Positions 11,364-22,199 of a stretch of 64,000 bases of DNA are shown piece after piece. How positions within the stretch are numbered: position 1 is the first letter of the stretch; the number at the start of each line of letters is the position of its first letter. The DNA comes from an uncultured Candidatus Rokubacteria bacterium (GTDB taxonomy: Bacteria > Methylomirabilota > Methylomirabilia > Rokubacteriales > DASRDR01), in NCBI GenBank assembly GCA_963708025.1, contig CAVPSB010000015.1, positions 224,001 through 288,000 of the forward strand, in the 5' to 3' direction. Under the pieces are notes generated by a model that saw nothing but the letters and a program-made list of their open reading frames with translations, was not told the origin of the DNA and ran no database searches. A program made the position numbers and the translations under genes.

Positions 11364-12720
11364 ATGCAGCTTGCGACGACGCTCGCGCCCGCCACCACCG
11401 CGGACGATCTCGACCGGCTCGGCGACGAGATCGCCGAGCTCTCTGCGCACCTCGACGCCGCCACGGCCCAGCTGCTCACCCTGATCCGTGAGTTCGACGC
11501 GCGGGGCGGCTGGGCGAACGGGGCCCGCTCCTGCGCCGAATGGTTGAGCTGGCGGGTCGGGCTGGACCTGGGGGCGGCCCGGGAGCGGGTGCGGGTGGCG
11601 CGGGCGCTGGGCGAGCTGCCGCAGCTGGCGGCGGCCCTGGAGCGAGGGGAGCTGTCGTACGCGAAGGTGCGCGCGATCACGCGGGTCGCGACACCGGAGA
11701 CCGAGGCTCGGCTGCTGGCGGTGGGGCGGGCGGGGACGGCGGCCCACGTGGAGCGGATCGTGCGGGCGTGGCGGCGGGTGGACCGGCAGGTGGAGGGGCG
11801 GGAGGCGGCGGCGCGTCACCGGGGCCGGTCGCTCCAGGTGTACCCGGACGAGGACGGGATGCTGGTGGTGCGGGGGCGGCTGGAGCCGGAGGTGGGGGCG
11901 GTGCTGGTGCGGGCGCTGGAGGCGGCGCGGGAGGCGCTCTACGCGCGGGCGCGGGCGACGCCCGAGGCGGGGGTCGCCGGGGACCTGCCGACGCACGGCC
12001 AGCAGCGGGCCGACGCCCTCGCGCTGGTGGCGGAGACGGCGCTCGCAGCACGGGCTCGATCCCGGCGCGGGGAGCGAGCGGTACCAGGTCGTGGTCCACG
12101 TCGACGCCGCCGGTGCTGGCCGACCCCGATCAGCCGGGCCAGTCGGCGCTCGAGGACGGCGTGCGCGTTTCCGCGGAAACGTCCCGGCGGCTGGCGTGTG
12201 ACGCGACCCGGGTGCGTGATGCACCACGCGGGCGACGGCTCGGTGCTCGACGTCGGTCGGCGGACCAGAGCAATCCCGCCGGCGCTACGGCGAGCGCTCC
12301 AGGCGCGGGACCACGGCTGCCGCTTCCCGGGCTGCGGGGTGCGCCACGCCCAGGGGCATCATCTCCACCACTGGGCGAACGGCGGCCCGACGCGGCTCGA
12401 CAATCTTGTCCTGCTGTGTCGCCGTCACCACGGGGCCGTCCACGAGGAGGGCTACCAGGTCGAGCGTGACACCGACGGCACGCTGCACTTCCGCACGCCG
12501 CGGCGGCCGGCCGATTCCCGAGGTGCCGGCGCCGCCGGCGGTGCCGGCCGACCCGATCTGGGCGCTGGTCACGGCGAATCGAGCGCGCGGCCTCGCGATC
12601 GACGCGCGGACGGGGTGCCCGAGCTGGCTCGGCGAGCGACTCGACCTCGGCTGGGCGATCGACGTGCTGCACCCCGCCGCCAATCCGGCCGCGTTCCGGG
12701 CCCGTGTGCCGCTCCCCTGA
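11364..12720 (+). CDS. DUF222 / HNH endonuclease (REP13E12-like); several frameshifts
   Basis: DEIAELSAHLDAAT...SCAEWLSWR...GELSYAKVRAITRVAT; RDHGCRFPGC...HHLHHWANGGPTRLDNLVLLCRRHH HNH motif. Confidence 0.85.
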
Positions 12721-12744
12721 CTCGGCCGTCCTCGGAAAAACACC

Positions 12745-12996
12745 CTAGGGTTCCGCCGCTCTGGCCACCGTGACCACTTCGGCCTGCTCGCCAATCGCCG
12801 CGGGGGGGTGACGCTCGCGCAGTGTCGGGCCCTGTTGGCGCAGCCGGCGCCGCCAGCCGGGCCGCCCGCGTCGGCGCGGGCGCTCATGCTCCGCCTCACC
12901 GGGATCGACATCGAGCGCTGCCCGAACTGTCAGCAGGGCGTTCTGCAGCAGCTCGAGGTGCTGCGGCCCGCCCCGCTCGTCTGGGACACCTCGTGA
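12745..12996 (+). pseudogene. C-terminal remnant of an IS91-family (Y2) transposase
   Basis: HFGLLANRR..TLAQCRALL...LMLRLTGIDIERCPNCQQG resembles the IS91 transposase C-terminus; N-terminus missing. Confidence 0.7.
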
Positions 12997-13250
12997 GCCG
13001 GTGCCTCTGCCCACCCCCGCGCGTCTCGCCGGCCGCCCGCAGGCTGGGGCCACGCCCTGCTCTGTGCTCTCGTCGAGATCGGCCACCCGGACACGGCGCG
13101 CCCGTCCGCATGAGCTCCATCCCGGAGCGCGCCTGCCCCACCGCTCGGCGGTCGCCATCCCCGAGGGCCGCCGGCACCACCCCCTGTTCCGCCTCAAGCC
13201 ACGCCTTCCCCACGATACAATCCCCGTACGCCATGCGCGCGAGGAGTTTA

Positions 13251-13328
13251 GTTCAACTGGTCTTGTCCGCCATGCTCGACGCACGGCGGATAAGAGCCTG
13301 AACCTCACGCTCTTTGCTTACGTCGGGC
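13251..13328 (+). mobile_element. hairpin at the downstream end of the IS91 remnant, attC-like
   Basis: GTTCAAC, stem TCTTGTCCGCC/GGCGGATAAGA, then GTCGGGC. Confidence 0.4.
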
Positions 13329-13415
13329 GTAAGGACGCTCAGTGATCGGCCATCGTTCTGGCTCGGTAGATGTTGAGAGAAGCGGACCACGAGACGGGCT
13401 ACATCGCAACACGGC

Positions 13416-13495
13416 GTCTAACAACAACGAGATGAACCTGACGAGGTCCGCGATGGTCAGGCTGGCGCGGACCTCGCAGTTTATCGGCGTTCGGT
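13416..13495 (+). mobile_element. integron attC-like site (degenerate)
   Basis: R'' GTCTAAC; stem CTG-a-CGAGGTCCGCG / CGCGGACCTCG-CAG with an extrahelical base; R' GTTCGGT. Confidence 0.65.
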
Positions 13496-13505
13496 TCATA
13501 GCCAT

Positions 13506-14529
13506 CTAGGCACGCCGGCGCGCGGCGGGCCGGCGTCGTGACGCCGGCGGCTCCACTCCCCCGGCCCCGGCCTGCTGGAGCCAGCGCGCCGCCGGCTCCA
13601 GGAGCGGTGTGATCTCGTGCCGCCGCGCGGCCAGGATCGGCTTCCAGAGGTCTCCCCGCTCCCGGATCCGCTCCGGCACCGTGTCGATCCGGTAGTCGTC
13701 CATCCGGAGCGCCGGGGTCAGCTCGGCCCAGTCGAGCGGGGTCGAGACCGTCGCCCGCGCGGTCGGCCGGACGGAGTAGACCGAGGCCAGCGTGCGGCCC
13801 CACGCGTTCTGGTTGTAGTCCACGACCACGTGCTGCGCGGGGCGCCGGGCGACCCGGTACTCGGCCGTGATCAGCTCGGGATGGCGGCGCGCCAGCTCGA
13901 GGGCGAGCGCCTTCGCCAGGGTCCAGACCTGCTTCTGCGTGGGTCCCCGCACGATCGGGACGTAGACGTGGAGCCCGCGGGACCCGGTCGTCTTGACGCA
14001 GGCGGTGAGCCCCAGCTCGGTCAGGGCGTCGCGGACGCGCTGGGCGACCTCCACGATCCGGGCCAGGGTGGCGCCGGGGGTCGGATCGAGGTCGAAGTGG
14101 AGGAAGTCGGGGCGGTCCACGTCGTCGCAGCGGGCGTACCAGGGGTTCAGGTCGATGCAGCCGAGGTTGATGACCCAGAGGAGCGCCAGGGCGTCCTGGA
14201 TCATCGGGAAGTCGATCACGCTGCCCGAGCCGTGCTCGATGGCGCACGTCTCGAGCCACGGCGGCCGGGGCTTCGGCGTCCGCTTCATGAAGAAGAACGG
14301 GCCGCCGGCCCCGTCGGGATAGCGCTTCATCACCATCGCCCGGTCCCGGAGGTGGGGCAGGAGGGCCGGGGCGACCTCCAGGTAGTAGCGGAGGAGGTCG
14401 CCCTTCGTCAGGCCCAGCTCCGGCCAGAACGGCTTCCGGAGGTTGGTCAGCGTCGTCTGATGCCGGGCCGACGCGGACGACGACCGAGTCCTGGTCGCGC
14501 GGGATGACGCCGGGGCGCGGCAGCGCCAC
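13506..14529 (-). CDS. LigD-type primase-polymerase domain protein (NHEJ Pol / Prim-Pol); frameshift near 14465
   Basis: LTNLRKPFWPELGLTKGDLLRYY, MKRYPDG, FDLDP, KTTGSRGLHVYVP, DYNQNAWGRTLASVYSVRP. Confidence 0.9.
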
Positions 14530-14534
14530 CGCGG

Positions 14535-15124
14535 CTACGTCCGGGCGCGGTGGCGGACGGCGCCGGCCAGGGGCACGTAGTCGAGCTCGACGCGGGCGCG
14601 CGCCGCCCGGAGCAGCAGGGCGCCGCGGCTCATGTCCCCGATCCCGACGAAGGCCGGCGGGAAGACGAGGCGCTCCCCGAAGACGGACGTCAGGGGGCGC
14701 ACGTACTTGTCGGTGGCGATGCTCCCGAGCAGCACGGCCTGGCCGTCCGGCGGCAGCGCCTCCACGACCATGCGGGCGCGGCGAGCAGCGGGCGCCGGTA
14801 GCCGGGGCGGTCGGGATCCACGTCGCCGCGCGCGAACCTCCGCAGGTGGGCCACGCCGACGATCGTGTCGGCCGGGACGAGCCCGGCGTTGGGGGTGATC
14901 ACCAGCACGGCGTCCGGCGGCCGGGCGAAGGCGCGCGCGTACGTGAGCTTGCCGCGGAAGTAGAGCCCGCTCATGAAGCTCATGACCTCGCCGAGCGGGG
15001 CCCCGCCGTCGCGCAACCGCACCGCCAGGTCGAAGGAGGCGCGAGGGGACAGGACCAGCCGGGCCCGGTCGCCGCCGCAGTCCGCCGGGGAGAGGAGGAA
15101 CACGCGGGTCGGCTCGGCGCCCAT
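14535..15124 (-). CDS. conserved hypothetical protein co-oriented with LigD-Pol; frameshift near 14785
   Basis: Joined frames give VFLLSPADC...SGLYFRGKLTYARAFA...VLLGSIATDKY...FVGIGDMSRGALLLRA; 5 bp from the Pol gene start. Confidence 0.7.
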
Positions 15125-15195
15125 GCCGCTCATCATAATACGCGCGGGTGGCGCGCCGGTTGACAGCCCACGGGGCCGAGTGATACTCGATCCTC

Positions 15196-16344
15196 GTGAA
15201 GATCACGGCCATCCGGCTCCACCTGGTGGAGTGCCGGCTGCCCGAGCCGCAGGGGACGGCCACCGCCTTCTTCGACCGACGTGGGGCCCTGCTGGTCGAG
15301 GTGCGGACCGACGAGGGCGTCTCGGGGTGGGGCGAGAGCTGGCACTCGCCGGCGGCCGCCTGGACGATCATCGAGACCTCGCTCGCCTCCGCCGTCCTCG
15401 GCCAGGACCCGTTCGAGTACCGGCGGCTCTGGACCGCGATGCACGCCCGGCTCGGCTACGAGCGCCAGGGGCCGGGCCTGATGGCGCTGTCCGCCGTCAA
15501 CACGGCCCTGTGGGACCTGCGCGGCCGCGCCCTCGGCCAGCCGATCGCCCGCCTCCTCGGCGGCCCCCTCCGCACCCGGGTGCCGGCCTACGCGAGCGGA
15601 CCGTTCCTCAAGCCGGGCCGCGATCCCTATCGCACGTACCGGCGGGAGGCCGAGCGGATCATCGCCCCCGGCTTCCGCGCGATGAAGATGAAGGTCGGGG
15701 TGGATCCCGACGCCGACGGCCGGGCGGCGGCGGCGGTGCGACGCGTGGTCGGCCCCGACGTGATCCTGCTGGCCGACGCCAACCAGGGCTACACGCCCCG
15801 GCCGGCGATCGAGGCCGGGCGGCAGCTCGAGGCGGAGGGCTTCGCCTGGCTCGAGGAGCCGGTGGCGCCCGACGACGTCGAGGGCTACGCCCACGTGGCG
15901 GGCGCGCTCGGGATGGCGGTGGTCGGGGGCGAGGCGCTCGGGGGGATCCGCGCCTTCCGCTCCTTCTTCGAGCGGAGCGCGCTGGACGCCGCCCAGCCGG
16001 ACCTGGCCATCGCCGGCGGCTTCACCGAAGTGATGCGGATCGCCGCGCTGGCCGCGGCATGGGAGGTGCCGGTGGTGCCGCACGTCTGGGGCACGGCGCT
16101 GAACCTCTACGCCAGCCTCCAGCTCTGCGCGGTGCTGCCCGGCTACCGGAGCCACACGCCGATGCCGTATCCCTGGTTCGAGTTCGACCAGTCGCCGAAC
16201 CCGCTCCGCGAGCTGTGGGGAGCGCCGGCGATCGGCCCCGACGGGATGATCGAGATCCCGCAAGGGCCGGGGCTCGGCATCGAGATCGATCCCGCCGCCT
16301 TCGAGGGGTTCCTCCAGCGGCGCCTCGAGGTCACCCCGGACTAG
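15196..16344 (+). CDS. mandelate racemase / muconate lactonizing enzyme family protein
   Basis: LVEVRTDEGVSGWGE, KMKVG, DANQGY, WLEEPV, GGE, QPD, VPHVW; TTGACA at 15160. Confidence 0.9.
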   Translation: MKITAIRLHLVECRLPEPQGTATAFFDRRGALLVEVRTDEGVSGWGESWHSPAAAWTIIETSLASAVLGQDPFEYRRLWTAMHARLGYERQGPGLMALSAVNTALWDLRGRALGQPIARLLGGPLRTRVPAYASGPFLKPGRDPYRTYRREAERIIAPGFRAMKMKVGVDPDADGRAAAAVRRVVGPDVILLADANQGYTPRPAIEAGRQLEAEGFAWLEEPVAPDDVEGYAHVAGALGMAVVGGEALGGIRAFRSFFERSALDAAQPDLAIAGGFTEVMRIAALAAAWEVPVVPHVWGTALNLYASLQLCAVLPGYRSHTPMPYPWFEFDQSPNPLRELWGAPAIGPDGMIEIPQGPGLGIEIDPAAFEGFLQRRLEVTPD

Positions 16345-17620
16345 GTAGGTTTTCCGGCGGTGAGGGGGCGGAGAGCGACTCCGGTCGCACCCAGGGCACC
16401 AGGAGCCAGCACGCCGCGATGCTGGTGGCGCTGATCGCGATCAGCCACTGGAGTCCCACGATCTCGTAGAGTCGGCCGCCCAGCCAGGCCGAGCCGGTCG
16501 TTCCCAGGTTGTTGACCGACATCAGCGCCGCGAAGAAGGTGCCCTCGGCGTGGGCCGGCACCGCGCGGGCGGCCAGGTCCATCGTCGCCAGGAAGGCCAC
16601 CATCGTGACCAGGCTCACGGTCGCCTGCAGGAGGACCGCGGACCACCAGCCGACCAGGCCGTAGTAGGCCAGCGTCCCTGCCACCCCGATCCCGACCGAC
16701 ATGTTGAGGAGGCGCTTGAGCGGCGCGCCCCGGAAGTAGCGGGCGAAGAGGGCGGCGCCGAGCATCGAGGCGCCGCTCCCGATGGTGGCCAGGAGCCCGA
16801 GCTGGATCTTGGAAATGCCGAGGACGTCCACCATGTGGAACCCGAGCGGGACGCCGAACGAGGGCGTGAAGTTCCAGAGGAAGAGGAAGGCGGCGGCTCG
16901 CCAGAGCGGGCCGGAGCGCACGCCGGCCCGCAGCGCCTGGAGGGTCCGGCTCACCGACTCCCGGTCGAACCGGGTCCGCGGCTCGTGGACCGCGTAGGCC
17001 GAGGCGGCGAACGACAGCGCGGGGAAGCAGGCCACCAGGAAGAAGGTGCGCGAGTAGGCGACGTGGACGGAGAGGTAGCCGCCGCCGATTCCGGCGATCA
17101 GGCTCGCCGCGTAGATCGACCCCCACTGGATCGACTGGAAGCTGCCGGTCAGGCCCCGCGGCTTGCCCTCCTCCACCATCACGGCATCGCACAGCACGTC
17201 GGTGAAGGCGAGGCCGAGCCCTGTCAGGCCGAGGATGGTCAGCGTCAGGCCATACGGGTAGCCGGGCAGGAGGCCGAGGACGAGCCAGCCCAGGGCGGCC
17301 ATGGCGGTCGTGACGAGCAGGTAGGAGCGGCGCCGGTAGCCGGCCAGCGGGACCAGGTCGGACAGGAGTCCGTAGAGCGGCTTGACCGTCCACGCGACGC
17401 CGACCAGCGCCAGGAACGTCGCGGTGTCGCCCGCGGTGAGCTTCAGGTCCTCCTTGAGGAGGAAGAAGATCGGCTGGGCGGCGATCCCCGCCTTGGGCTC
17501 GGCGAATCCCTGGACGAAGTAGATCGCGGCGAAAAAGATCGCCAGCCGGCGGAAGTCGGGCGACCGGGGGGGTGACGGCGCAGGGACGATCGGCGGCTCC
17601 GCCTCGGGAACCGTGGGCAT
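16331..17620 (-). CDS. MFS transporter, folate-biopterin (BT1/FBT) family
   Basis: AWTVKPLYGLLSDLVPLAGYRRRSY, DVLCDAVMVE, EGTFFAALMSVNNLG; about 12 TM helices. Confidence 0.85.
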   Translation of the reverse strand: MPTVPEAEPPIVPAPSPPRSPDFRRLAIFFAAIYFVQGFAEPKAGIAAQPIFFLLKEDLKLTAGDTATFLALVGVAWTVKPLYGLLSDLVPLAGYRRRSYLLVTTAMAALGWLVLGLLPGYPYGLTLTILGLTGLGLAFTDVLCDAVMVEEGKPRGLTGSFQSIQWGSIYAASLIAGIGGGYLSVHVAYSRTFFLVACFPALSFAASAYAVHEPRTRFDRESVSRTLQALRAGVRSGPLWRAAAFLFLWNFTPSFGVPLGFHMVDVLGISKIQLGLLATIGSGASMLGAALFARYFRGAPLKRLLNMSVGIGVAGTLAYYGLVGWWSAVLLQATVSLVTMVAFLATMDLAARAVPAHAEGTFFAALMSVNNLGTTGSAWLGGRLYEIVGLQWLIAISATSIAACWLLVPWVRPESLSAPSPPENLPSPG

Positions 17621-17660
17621 CGTGGTGTAGTATACGACGACGGCGGAAGGGGGCGGCAGC

Positions 17661-18693
<1,033 letters not shown>

Positions 18694-18704
18694 GGCCGGC
18701 CGGC

Positions 18705-19265
18705 GTGAGCCCGACGCCCGGGACGGGCGACCTGCGGCCCTACGAGCTGCGGGTGGGGCGCATCACGGACGCCGCCCTCCGTGACCGCCTGGCCCGCCGC
18801 CTGGTCGAGCGCTTCCCGCCGCGGGAGCTGGAGGCGACGCGCGCGGCGCTGGGCGGGGCCGGGCTCGTGGTCCGGACGGCGCTGCGCGAGGCCGAAGCGC
18901 CCGCGCTCGCGCGCGAGCTGTACGCCGCCGGGGCCCCGCCCGCCGCGGTGGTCCTGCTGCCGGCCGAGCTGGCCGGAGCGCGTCCGGAGCGGGACTCCAC
19001 CCTCGACCGGGCGTTCGCGCTCTTCGACGCCCGGGGCGGCGCCTTCGTGCCGACGTGGAACTGGGCGGCGTTCGTCTTCGGGCCGCTCTGGTACTTCCGG
19101 AAAGGAATCTACGCGAAGGGCGCGGTCCTGCTCGTCCTGGTCGTCTTCCCCGTCCTCCCGCTCGAGCTCATGGTGCTCCTCCAGCTCGGGGCCTTCTTCT
19201 ACTGCGGCGTGGCCGGCAACTGGGATGACTACTTGCTGGAGGTCCGCCGCACGCAGTGGTGGTGA
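18705..19265 (+). CDS. membrane protein with DUF2628-like C-terminus
   Basis: [22 protein letters not shown] motif followed by two TM helices. Confidence 0.65.
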   Translation: MSPTPGTGDLRPYELRVGRITDAALRDRLARRLVERFPPRELEATRAALGGAGLVVRTALREAEAPALARELYAAGAPPAAVVLLPAELAGARPERDSTLDRAFALFDARGGAFVPTWNWAAFVFGPLWYFRKGIYAKGAVLLVLVVFPVLPLELMVLLQLGAFFYCGVAGNWDDYLLEVRRTQWW

Positions 19266-19267
19266 GA

Positions 19268-19538
19268 CGGGCGGGGCCGATGAGCGTCGCAATGTTCATC
19301 TCGGTCGTGACGCGCTCGGCCTACGGCGTTTGGACGGCCTTCGGCCTTTGGGCGTCCGTCCCGACGCTCTGGTCGTCCTCGGTCGTCGCCGATCCTCGGC
19401 GTACTCGGAGTACGCCTGCGGTCGGCGACTCCCTGCGTCGATCGGACGGCCTTCGCCCTTTGGGCGCTGCTCGCTCCTCGACCCCGCCCGCGGGAACTTG
19501 ATCCAGCGGCAGTGACTTTGGCGCTTCGAGGAAGCTAG
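19268..19538 (+). repeat. modular hairpin element (family A), copy 1
   Basis: GGGCGGGGCCGATGAGCG...CGCTCCTCGACCCCGCCC plus a 50-bp tail ending CTAG; other copies at 25724, 27358, 30358. Confidence 0.85.
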
Positions 19539-19594
19539 TGCCGTGACCGTGGGGGAGGCCCGGGAGGGGGGCGTAGCCCCCCTCCCGTTGCAGT

Positions 19595-20159
19595 CTAGAA
19601 GATGCGGCGGGCGTCCTGGAAGTCCCGGTCCCCTTCCACCTCGACGGCCAGCGCCTCGACGGCCTTGCGCGTCTCCGCCGTCTCCGCGCCGGTGCCGAGC
19701 CGATCGAGAAGCCGCTCGACGCGCACCTGCCACGCGCGCGCCTTGGCCGTGTACGCCCACGGGTCGGCCGCCGTGAGCTTGCTGTGCTGGATCGTGTCGC
19801 GGAGCGCCAGGGCGCGCTCCGTCAGCGAGGGCGCGCTGGCCGCCTCCCGGCGGGGCGGCGCCCACACGGGCGTCGCCTGTCGGGCCGCCGGCTTCGTCAG
19901 GGGCTTTGCCGCCGGTGTCGCCGGCTTCGCCGGGGCTTGCCACCGGTGTCGCCGGCTTCGCCAGGGGTTTTGCCGCCGGTGTCGGCGCCGGCTTCGCCAG
20001 GGGCTTTGCCGCCGGTGTCGGCACCGGCTTCGCCAGGGGTTTTGCCGCCGGCTTCGCCGTCGCCTTCGCCGGCTTTGGCCGCGCCGCGGGGCGGGCCGTC
20101 TTGCTGCTTTGCTTCACTGCCGCCTTCGTTCCCGACCGCTTGCTGCGCTTGGTCGCCAC
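19595..20159 (-). CDS. Lys/Ala/Pro-rich histone H1-like repeat protein with helical C-terminal domain; frameshift near 19935
   Basis: AGGAGG RBS, GTG start; TKRSKRSGTKAAVK...(PAAKPLAKPxxT)n; C-terminus ...EGDRDFQDARRIF*. Confidence 0.65.
19888..20060. repeat. 33-36 bp tandem repeat encoding PAAKPLAKP units
   Basis: Four to five imperfect copies of GCCGGCTTCGCCAGGGG(C/T)TTTGCCGCCGGTGTC. Confidence 0.8.
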
Positions 20160-20185
20160 CGTCGTTGTTCCCTCCTCCTGGTCGA

Positions 20186-21022
20186 TTACGTGGGTCGGCC
20201 CCGCGTGGCGGAGCCGCCGAGAGGCCGGACGAAATGATACATCGCGAAGGCTTCGAGCGCGAAGGGGGGGAAGCCGAGATAGCCGGCCACCGGCATCTCG
20301 AAGATCTTCCAGTCCGGGAAGACCGGCACCCCGACGTACTGCCACTTGCCGACGGCCCAGTAGTTCCAGAACTCCCAGAGTAGCCCGCAGACCAGGCCGG
20401 CGAGGAGCCAGCGATAGACAAGGCCGCGATCCCCGCTGGTCCAGGCGGCCATGAACGACGGCCGGCCGGCCCGGTCGTTCCGGGGATCGAGGAGGAGGAT
20501 GAAGCCGAGCCAGACGAAGCCAAAGGTCCAGGGCCGCACGGCGGCCGGCAGCAGCGGCGGGACGACGACGAAGAGGAGGCCGACGCCGAGCGCGGTCCGC
20601 CGGAGGGCGGGGCTCGGCGGCCGGGTGGGACGGCGCGCGCCGGCCGCTACCCCGTACGCCTCGAGGAGCGCCGCGGTCCCGAAGAGCCCCGGCCAGATGG
20701 TGGCGAAGGCCCAGGCGTAGCCCAGCGCCGCCAGCCACGGGGGGTCGGGGAGGCCGAAGTAGTCCCAGTTGCGGAGGCGCCAGTTGTACAGCTCGAAGAC
20801 GAGCCAGAGCGGGATGGACACGGTGGCCAGGAAGGCGGCCTCGCGCGGACGGTCGTGGAGGAGGGAGGCGCCGCGCCGGCGGAGGACGAGGGCGTCGGCC
20901 AGCAGGATGTATGCGGTCCACATGATGGGCGTGAACCACTGCGAGAGGAGTGGGATCTGGAGGGGCAAGAGCCCCTGGCCCACCACGAGCAGTCCGAGGC
21001 CGAGCCAGCCATATCCGATCAT
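20186..21022 (-). CDS. conserved multi-pass membrane protein of unknown function
   Basis: Trp-rich TM protein with internally repeated W.VFELYNW...NWDY / LWEFWNYW...KWQY and FEMPVAGYLGFPPFALE. Confidence 0.75.
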   Translation of the reverse strand: MIGYGWLGLGLLVVGQGLLPLQIPLLSQWFTPIMWTAYILLADALVLRRRGASLLHDRPREAAFLATVSIPLWLVFELYNWRLRNWDYFGLPDPPWLAALGYAWAFATIWPGLFGTAALLEAYGVAAGARRPTRPPSPALRRTALGVGLLFVVVPPLLPAAVRPWTFGFVWLGFILLLDPRNDRAGRPSFMAAWTSGDRGLVYRWLLAGLVCGLLWEFWNYWAVGKWQYVGVPVFPDWKIFEMPVAGYLGFPPFALEAFAMYHFVRPLGGSATRGRPT

Positions 21023-21064
21023 GTAGAGCCCGACTCCATGATCCCACGCGCTTGATCCCCGCGC

Positions 21065-21100
21065 TTGACAGCACGGCCGCCCTCCTCTAGCTTCCTTGAA
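21065..21100 (+). promoter_or_regulatory. sigma-70 promoter giving a leaderless mRNA
   Basis: TTGACA-17 bp-TAGCTT-7 bp-GTG start codon, no SD. Confidence 0.6.
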
Positions 21101-22138
21101 GTGATCGGGCCCTCGGACGCTTTCCCCCGGACCGTGCTCGTGACCGGGGCGGTCGGCTTCGTCGCCGTGAACATCGTCCGGGCGCTCCTGATCCGCGGCC
21201 ACCGGGTGATCGCCGCCGACCACCGCCCACCCGACGAGCCGGCCCGGCGCTTCCTCGCGCCCCTGGCGGCCGGCCTGGTCTGGCTCGAGGCCGACGTCCG
21301 CCACCCGGCGCCGCTCCTCGCGGCCATGCAGGCCCATCGGGTCGGCGCGATCGTCCACGCGGCCGCGGTCACCGCGACCACCCGGGAGTGGGAGCGGGAC
21401 CGGGCCCGCGAGGTCCTCGACGTGAACCTCGGCGGCACGATGGCCGTCCTCGATGCGGCGCACCGGGCCGGCATCCGCCGCGCCGTCGTCGTCAGCTCGA
21501 CCTCCGCGCTCGGTCCCGGCTACCGCGACGGGCGGCCGATCCCGGAAGGGGCGCCGGCGGCGCCCGTCAACCTCTACGGCATCTCCAAGCACGGCATCGA
21601 GCTGATCGCCGCCCGGCTCGCCGACCTCTACGGCCTGGAGGTGGCCACGGTCCGCATCGCCCAGCCCTACGGTCCCATGGAGCGGCCGAGCCCCGACCGG
21701 GCGGCCCTGTCGCCGATCGCCGAATGGATCGAGGCGGCGGCCGCCGGCCGGCCGCTCCGGACGCCGAGCCTGGAGGTGGCGAAGGACTGGACCTATGTCG
21801 AGGACGTGGCGGCCGGCTTCGTCGGCCTCGTCGAGGCGGCGCGTCTCCGCCACCCGCTGTACAACCTGGGCGGCGGGGAGCAGGTCACGGTCGGCCAGGT
21901 CATGGAGGCCATCAGGGGCGTGTGGCCCGAAGCCGAGGTCACGGTGACGGCGGACGGCCCGACGAACCCGAACCTCGATCCGGCCCGGCTCCGCGGCCCG
22001 CTCGAGGTCGTGCGCCTGCGCGAGGAGCTCGGGTTCTACCCCCGCTTCGACATCACCCGCGGGATCGGCCGCTACGGCGAGTGGATTCGCGACGGCCGGG
22101 GCGCCCTCCCGGACGCCGCGCCGGTTGCCTCGCGATGA
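21101..22138 (+). CDS. NAD-dependent epimerase/dehydratase (extended SDR)
   Basis: VLVTGAVGFVA, HAAA, VSSTS, YGISK, DWTYVEDVA. Confidence 0.88.
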   Translation: MIGPSDAFPRTVLVTGAVGFVAVNIVRALLIRGHRVIAADHRPPDEPARRFLAPLAAGLVWLEADVRHPAPLLAAMQAHRVGAIVHAAAVTATTREWERDRAREVLDVNLGGTMAVLDAAHRAGIRRAVVVSSTSALGPGYRDGRPIPEGAPAAPVNLYGISKHGIELIAARLADLYGLEVATVRIAQPYGPMERPSPDRAALSPIAEWIEAAAAGRPLRTPSLEVAKDWTYVEDVAAGFVGLVEAARLRHPLYNLGGGEQVTVGQVMEAIRGVWPEAEVTVTADGPTNPNLDPARLRGPLEVVRLREELGFYPRFDITRGIGRYGEWIRDGRGALPDAAPVASR

Positions 22139-22199
22139 TTTGACCGGCCGGCGGTCGTGGTGGGAGAATGAGCCTGGACGACTCTAGCAAGGGGGCCGA

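Noticed and set aside
19888-20060. 33-36 bp repeats as a CRISPR array
   Set aside because: No unique spacers and no cas genes; the repeats are contiguous and encode PAAKPLAKP
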